Shown: piece after piece, positions 53,036-56,731 of the stretch | Numbering within the stretch: position 1 is the stretch's first letter | Layout of the letters: each line of letters opens with the position of its first letter | Assembly (NCBI GenBank): GCA_022750415.1 | Contig: JAKIVT010000003.1 | Location: 1 to 56,731, forward strand | Source of the DNA: Thermoplasmata archaeon | Lineage (GTDB): Archaea; Thermoplasmatota; Thermoplasmata; Lutacidiplasmatales; UBA184 | Length of the DNA: 56,731 bases | Direction of reading: 5' to 3' | The notes under the pieces: model-generated | Database searches by the model: none | Told to the model about the DNA's origin: nothing | Seen by the model: the letters and a program-made list of their open reading frames with translations, nothing else | Translations under genes and position numbers: made by a program

Positions 53036-54574
53036 TCAGTCGTAGCCCCACGACCGGAGCCGCGCGTCGATCTCCGGCGCCAGGGCCTGGTCGAGGGACG
53101 GACCGCCCCGGCCGACCGACTCGATCCCTCGGTAGGGCTCGAACACCTCGGCGCGGAGCGCCCGGGACTCCCCCGGAGAGCACGGCTCGGGCGGGCGGAG
53201 GTCCGGGTCGGAGCCGGTCATCGTCCAGCGGAACACGTCCGAAGTTTCCAGGTCGAGGACGAGCTTCTCCTCGCCCCGGTAGGCGGCGAGGAGCCGGTGG
53301 TTCCACGGCGCATCGGCCCGGATCCCCCGCAACGACCGGTTCGGGTCGGACGCCGGCGCCCCTTCGCAGAAGACCGCGTCGGTCGAGGGGACCGGGGCGC
53401 CGAACGGCATCGGCGCCGTTCCCGTCTCGTCGAACGGGGCCCGGCCGCTCGCCGCGGCCTTGAACCAGGAGGGGAGCTCGCAGAGACTGGTCCACCGGTC
53501 GACCCGGTGGGGGAGAGAGAACTCCGCCGGGCCGGAGACGACGAGGGGGACCCGGGCGATCGAGTCGGTCGCGCCGCACCCGTGGAAGACGTTGCCGCCC
53601 TCGCCGAACGATTGGCCGTGGTCGGCGGTGACGACGATCAGGGTCCGGTCCCGCTCCCCGGCCCGCTCGAGCGCCTCGACCATCGCCCCGACCTTCCGGT
53701 CGGCCTGCTCGATCGACCACAGGTACCCCCGGAGCAGTTCTTCCCACGGCACCCGCGCCTGGAGCCCCGGGACGGCGAGGAGGTAGTACCGGGGGGTGCG
53801 GGCGTACCACCGCGACATCGCGCCAATGCGGTGGCCGTTCGGCACGAGGGGGTACGGCTCGTGGGCATCGACGAGGTTGACGAACGCGTGGAACGGCCGG
53901 TCCGCGTCCCGTTGGTCGACCCACGTCCGGAACGCGTCGGGGACGAACGAGTTGCACACCTCGCGCTTGAACGCGACCTCCTGCGGGTGGTTGACGAAGT
54001 TGAGGGGGACGATGAACGGCGGGACCCGCTCGAGGAGCCTCCGCATCCACGGCGAGTACAGCGCCTCGCTGTGGGACGCGATCCAGTTGCTCGTCGTCCG
54101 TTCCTCGTCGGAGATCCCGATGTGCCGGGCGACCCGCTGCGCGTACCCGTCCTCGAGGCCGTACCCTCCGACGAGGTGGACCATCTCGGTGAACATGGCG
54201 GTCTCGTACCCCCGGCGGGCGAGCCACGACGCCGTCGTCTCCCGGGGCGCCGGCCCCCGCTCGAACGTCCGGCGCCCGTGGGTACCGGGGTAGTCGCCCG
54301 TGAACATCGACATGTGGGACGGGACGGTCCAGTTCGCCGGGGCGACGGCGCCCGGGAACACGGTCCCGTCGCGCGCCAGCCGGTCGATCACCGGGGTCCT
54401 CGCCGTCCGGTCCCCCCCGTTCGCGGCGAAGCTCTTCGCCCGGGCGCAGTCGAGGACGATGAACAGGAGGTTGGGCGGCCGCGTGGGGCCGCCGGGCCGG
54501 ACGTCGGCGTGGGTCGCTCGGGAGGAGTCGTCGAGGGGGGCCGGGGGGTTCGCGGAGTCGCCAAACGGGGTCAT
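53036..54574 (-). CDS. sulfatase-fold (alkaline-phosphatase superfamily) enzyme with Thr in place of the formylglycine-forming Cys/Ser
   Basis: PNLLFIVLDCARAKSF, ...NWTVPSHMSMFTGDYPGTHG (sulfatase signature position, TVPSH at 54314-54328), ...VVTADHGQSFGE. Start set at ATG 54574 with a TATA about 28 nt upstream. Confidence 0.75.
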   Translation of the reverse strand: MTPFGDSANPPAPLDDSSRATHADVRPGGPTRPPNLLFIVLDCARAKSFAANGGDRTARTPVIDRLARDGTVFPGAVAPANWTVPSHMSMFTGDYPGTHGRRTFERGPAPRETTASWLARRGYETAMFTEMVHLVGGYGLEDGYAQRVARHIGISDEERTTSNWIASHSEALYSPWMRRLLERVPPFIVPLNFVNHPQEVAFKREVCNSFVPDAFRTWVDQRDADRPFHAFVNLVDAHEPYPLVPNGHRIGAMSRWYARTPRYYLLAVPGLQARVPWEELLRGYLWSIEQADRKVGAMVEALERAGERDRTLIVVTADHGQSFGEGGNVFHGCGATDSIARVPLVVSGPAEFSLPHRVDRWTSLCELPSWFKAAASGRAPFDETGTAPMPFGAPVPSTDAVFCEGAPASDPNRSLRGIRADAPWNHRLLAAYRGEEKLVLDLETSDVFRWTMTGSDPDLRPPEPCSPGESRALRAEVFEPYRGIESVGRGGPSLDQALAPEIDARLRSWGYD

Positions 54575-54597
54575 GGTCGTTCCGAGCGGCGTCCGGA

Positions 54598-54606
54598 ACT
54601 TAATCC
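54598..54606 (-). promoter_or_regulatory. TATA-like box (GGATTAAGT, minus sense) of the sulfatase-fold gene
   Basis: Centred about 28 nt upstream of ATG 54574. Confidence 0.4.
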
Positions 54607-54665
54607 GACGGAACACGGCCTCCCCGGGAGAGAAGCCCGTAACCGAATCGTGCGCTCGTGGCGGC

Positions 54666-56731
54666 TCAGCGGGCGAGGACAATCCACTCGGAATTTTGAA
54701 ACGCCGGACGGAACCCGAAGGTCGCCTCGTAGTACGTCATCTCGACGGCCCCGTAGGCGTGGTTCGGCCACAGGAGGAACTCGACCGACCGATTGTCGAG
54801 GAACGCCGGGGTGCTCAGGACCGGCGGGAGGGGGCACGCCGGCCGGCTGGCGCCGGGGGTGTCGTACCGGAGGGCGACGGCGAACGGCGCGCTGCCGTTC
54901 CGGTCGGGAACGACGGCGGTCCAGCTGGGGGCGCTCGCCGTCCCGGCCGTCACCCACTGCGTGGCCGCCGAAAAGCCGATGGTCGTCGTCGTGTGGACCC
55001 GGTCCGGATACTGGCCGAGCTTTCCCGAGACCGTGACGGTGAGACCGTTCGGCGCCGCGGTCGACGAATCGATCCGGTCGGTCGCGAGCGTCGTCGAATT
55101 CGTGGGCGGACCGGCGAACCCGATGGTGAGCGAGTGGACGACCACTCCGGGGTTGGGGAGCACGCGGAAGGCGACGGTCGCGGACCCGCTCGGGTCGGTG
55201 GAGGCCACTTCGACGACCTTCGCGGCCCCCGTCGTATAGTCGATCGTGAGCGTCGCGCTACCGTTCCCGGGCGGGACGAGGACCGGCGGGACGCTCCCGA
55301 GAAGGGGGTACGTCGCGGTGCCGGCGGGGCCGGTCGCGTTGAGCGCGAGGGTCTCGCCGAGGATCCGGACCACCGGGAACGGGACCCCCTCGTAGTACGC
55401 GGTGTACATCGGAGTCTGGCTCAAGACCGACGTAGCAAACCCCGAGAACGACAGGGCCGCCTGCGGGTTGACGAGGGTGTAGTCGGAGACGAACGCCCAG
55501 TACGTCTCCTGGGTGTCGGTGATCTGGAACGAGTCGAAGAGGAGCCACTCCGGCCCGACGGTGAGGGTATCGCGGAGCGTCAGCGCCTCCGTCCAGCGGG
55601 CCGACGAGGGGACCGTGAGGACCGTTCCCGACCGGGGATTCGACTTCAGCCACTGGAGCGCCTGGAGGAACGGGGCGTCGTGCGCGACGGCGGTGCTCGC
55701 GGCCTCGTTGGCCTCGGTCACCGGCACCGTCACCGTCGCGGCGACGGCGAGGAGCGCGACGGCGACCGCGATCGCCGCGACGAAGACCGCGTGACGGCGG
55801 ACGAGCCCGGCGGGCCGCCCCCACGGGGGCGGTGGACCGGGCGCGTCGGGCCCCGCCCCCACGGGGGCGGAGGCCGGTGCGGGGAGCAGCTCGCGAACGA
55901 ACGCCCGCTCGACCCCGAGGAGCGCCACGAGGAAGAACGGGAGCGGGAGGAAGTACAGCAGTCGGGTGTAGTCGGTGTCCACGTGGGCGAGGTACCCGAT
56001 GCCGGGGACGGCCAGGGCGGCGCTGAGCCAGCCCCCCGCGATCACGAGCCGGGTATCGACCCGGCCCGGCACGAGCCACGCCACGAGGAGCAGGGCGAGG
56101 AGGGCGACGAGCGGCGCCAGCGCGAGGGCGACCGCCGTGGGGAGCGGGGGAAGGTACACGGCGGCCCCCATCGGCATCGCCACCGGGGCCCGGCCGAGCG
56201 GGGCGAACAGCTCCCCGACCTCATCGATGAACCACGCCGAGGGGTTCGCGGTGAAGTAGCTCGGATGGGAGATGCCGAGCCGGGCAGTCGCTTCCGAGAA
56301 CCCGCCGATGGCCACGGCGAGGGCCCCGATGCCGACGAGGTTCGTGCGGCGGAGGAGGAAGCGGGGCTTGACCTTCCCGGTCCACAGGAGGAACGCCGTG
56401 GCGACGGCGAACACGGCGAACAGCTCGAAGGCGGAGAGGTCGTGGCCGAAGTAGGTGAGGCCGAGAAAGATGTACATCAGAGCGCCGTCGCGGGCGAGCC
56501 CCGAGCGGACGAACGCGAGCATGGCGATCAGCGCCTCGTTCATCAGCACGAATCCGAGCAGGTTCGGGTACCCGCCCCAGAACACCATCTGGATCGTCGA
56601 CCCGGAGAGCACCGCGAAACCGACCAGCGCGACCTGGAGCGGACCGGACGACAGGAACCGGCGCGCGAGGTGGACGGTCGAGAGGCCGTACAGGGCGAAG
56701 AGTCCGACGCCGAGGATGTCCGCGGCGAGGA
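54666..56731 (-). CDS. large polytopic membrane protein with a C-terminal extracytoplasmic domain of about 350 aa (5' end outside window)
   Basis: The reading frame stays open to the window edge (…LAADILGVGLFALYGLSTVHLARRFLSS…VLSGSTIQMVFWGGYPNLLGF…). There are more than 10 hydrophobic segments, then a beta-rich sequon-bearing domain. The topology resembles GT-C/oligosaccharyltransferase-like proteins, but no WWDxG motif is visible in the part present. Confidence 0.6.
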   Translation of the reverse strand, partial: LAADILGVGLFALYGLSTVHLARRFLSSGPLQVALVGFAVLSGSTIQMVFWGGYPNLLGFVLMNEALIAMLAFVRSGLARDGALMYIFLGLTYFGHDLSAFELFAVFAVATAFLLWTGKVKPRFLLRRTNLVGIGALAVAIGGFSEATARLGISHPSYFTANPSAWFIDEVGELFAPLGRAPVAMPMGAAVYLPPLPTAVALALAPLVALLALLLVAWLVPGRVDTRLVIAGGWLSAALAVPGIGYLAHVDTDYTRLLYFLPLPFFLVALLGVERAFVRELLPAPASAPVGAGPDAPGPPPPWGRPAGLVRRHAVFVAAIAVAVALLAVAATVTVPVTEANEAASTAVAHDAPFLQALQWLKSNPRSGTVLTVPSSARWTEALTLRDTLTVGPEWLLFDSFQITDTQETYWAFVSDYTLVNPQAALSFSGFATSVLSQTPMYTAYYEGVPFPVVRILGETLALNATGPAGTATYPLLGSVPPVLVPPGNGSATLTIDYTTGAAKVVEVASTDPSGSATVAFRVLPNPGVVVHSLTIGFAGPPTNSTTLATDRIDSSTAAPNGLTVTVSGKLGQYPDRVHTTTTIGFSAATQWVTAGTASAPSWTAVVPDRNGSAPFAVALRYDTPGASRPACPLPPVLSTPAFLDNRSVEFLLWPNHAYGAVEMTYYEATFGFRPAFQNSEWIVLAR

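Noticed and set aside
1-56731. Search for rRNA genes, CRISPR arrays, cas genes, transposases or IS ends, and additional tRNAs.
   Set aside because: None were found by eye. The only GGTTCGAATCC-type T-arm signature is the tRNA-Cys at 6380-6452. A tRNAscan or Infernal run could still reveal small RNAs I missed.

Overview
This is a 56.7 kb, very G+C-rich (about two-thirds by eye, not computed) chromosomal segment from an archaeon. The archaeal call rests on a thermosome, ribosomal protein L21e, RNA polymerase subunit F, Pus10, a DUF655 protein, KsgA/Dim1, an XerA-like recombinase, and TATA boxes about 25-35 nt upstream of start codons. A class II LysRS, ThyX and many membrane-anchored glycoprotein-like surface proteins suggest a Thermoplasmatota-like lineage. 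That placement is inference only.

I call about 45 protein genes and one tRNA-Cys(GCA).
- Housekeeping: metG, lysS, thyX, tag, ttuA-like, pus10-rpl21e-rpoF-DUF655-rsmA, thermosome, xerA-like.
- Metabolism: NDP-sugar pyrophosphorylase, NDH-2-like oxidoreductase, 3-hydroxyacyl-CoA dehydrogenase, aldo/keto reductase, ATP sulfurylase.
- Several alkaline-phosphatase-superfamily or phosphoesterase enzymes.
- At least seven secreted or TM-anchored surface proteins with PKD, FN3, BNR and CarboxypepD_reg-like repeats.
- Small regulators: ArsR, HxlR, a tandem wHTH protein and an AbrB-like protein.
- One large signalling operon.

I saw no rRNA, CRISPR array, transposase or clear mobile element.

The most unusual items are:
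1. A 1516-aa soluble histidine kinase with ten PAS domains. Nine of them are indel-free 372-bp modules arranged as a higher-order (A-B-B-B)x2-A repeat, followed by two overlapping stand-alone receiver genes.
2. A 54-nt, 37% GC patch lying exactly over a non-canonical ThyX signature motif.
3. A cluster of ATP sulfurylase, HxlR, an AP-family enzyme and a sulfatase-fold enzyme. The sulfatase-fold protein has Thr/His where a sulfatase has its formylglycine Cys/Ser and Arg.
4. A catalytically degenerate Fic-wHTH protein convergent with an orphan AbrB-like gene.

I do not see a clear-cut new multi-gene system such as a defence island, and these four are the best candidates. All family calls come from motif recognition by eye, and no searches were run. 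Many long ORFs in the six-frame track are Arg/Pro/Gly-rich antisense artefacts of high GC and were not called.
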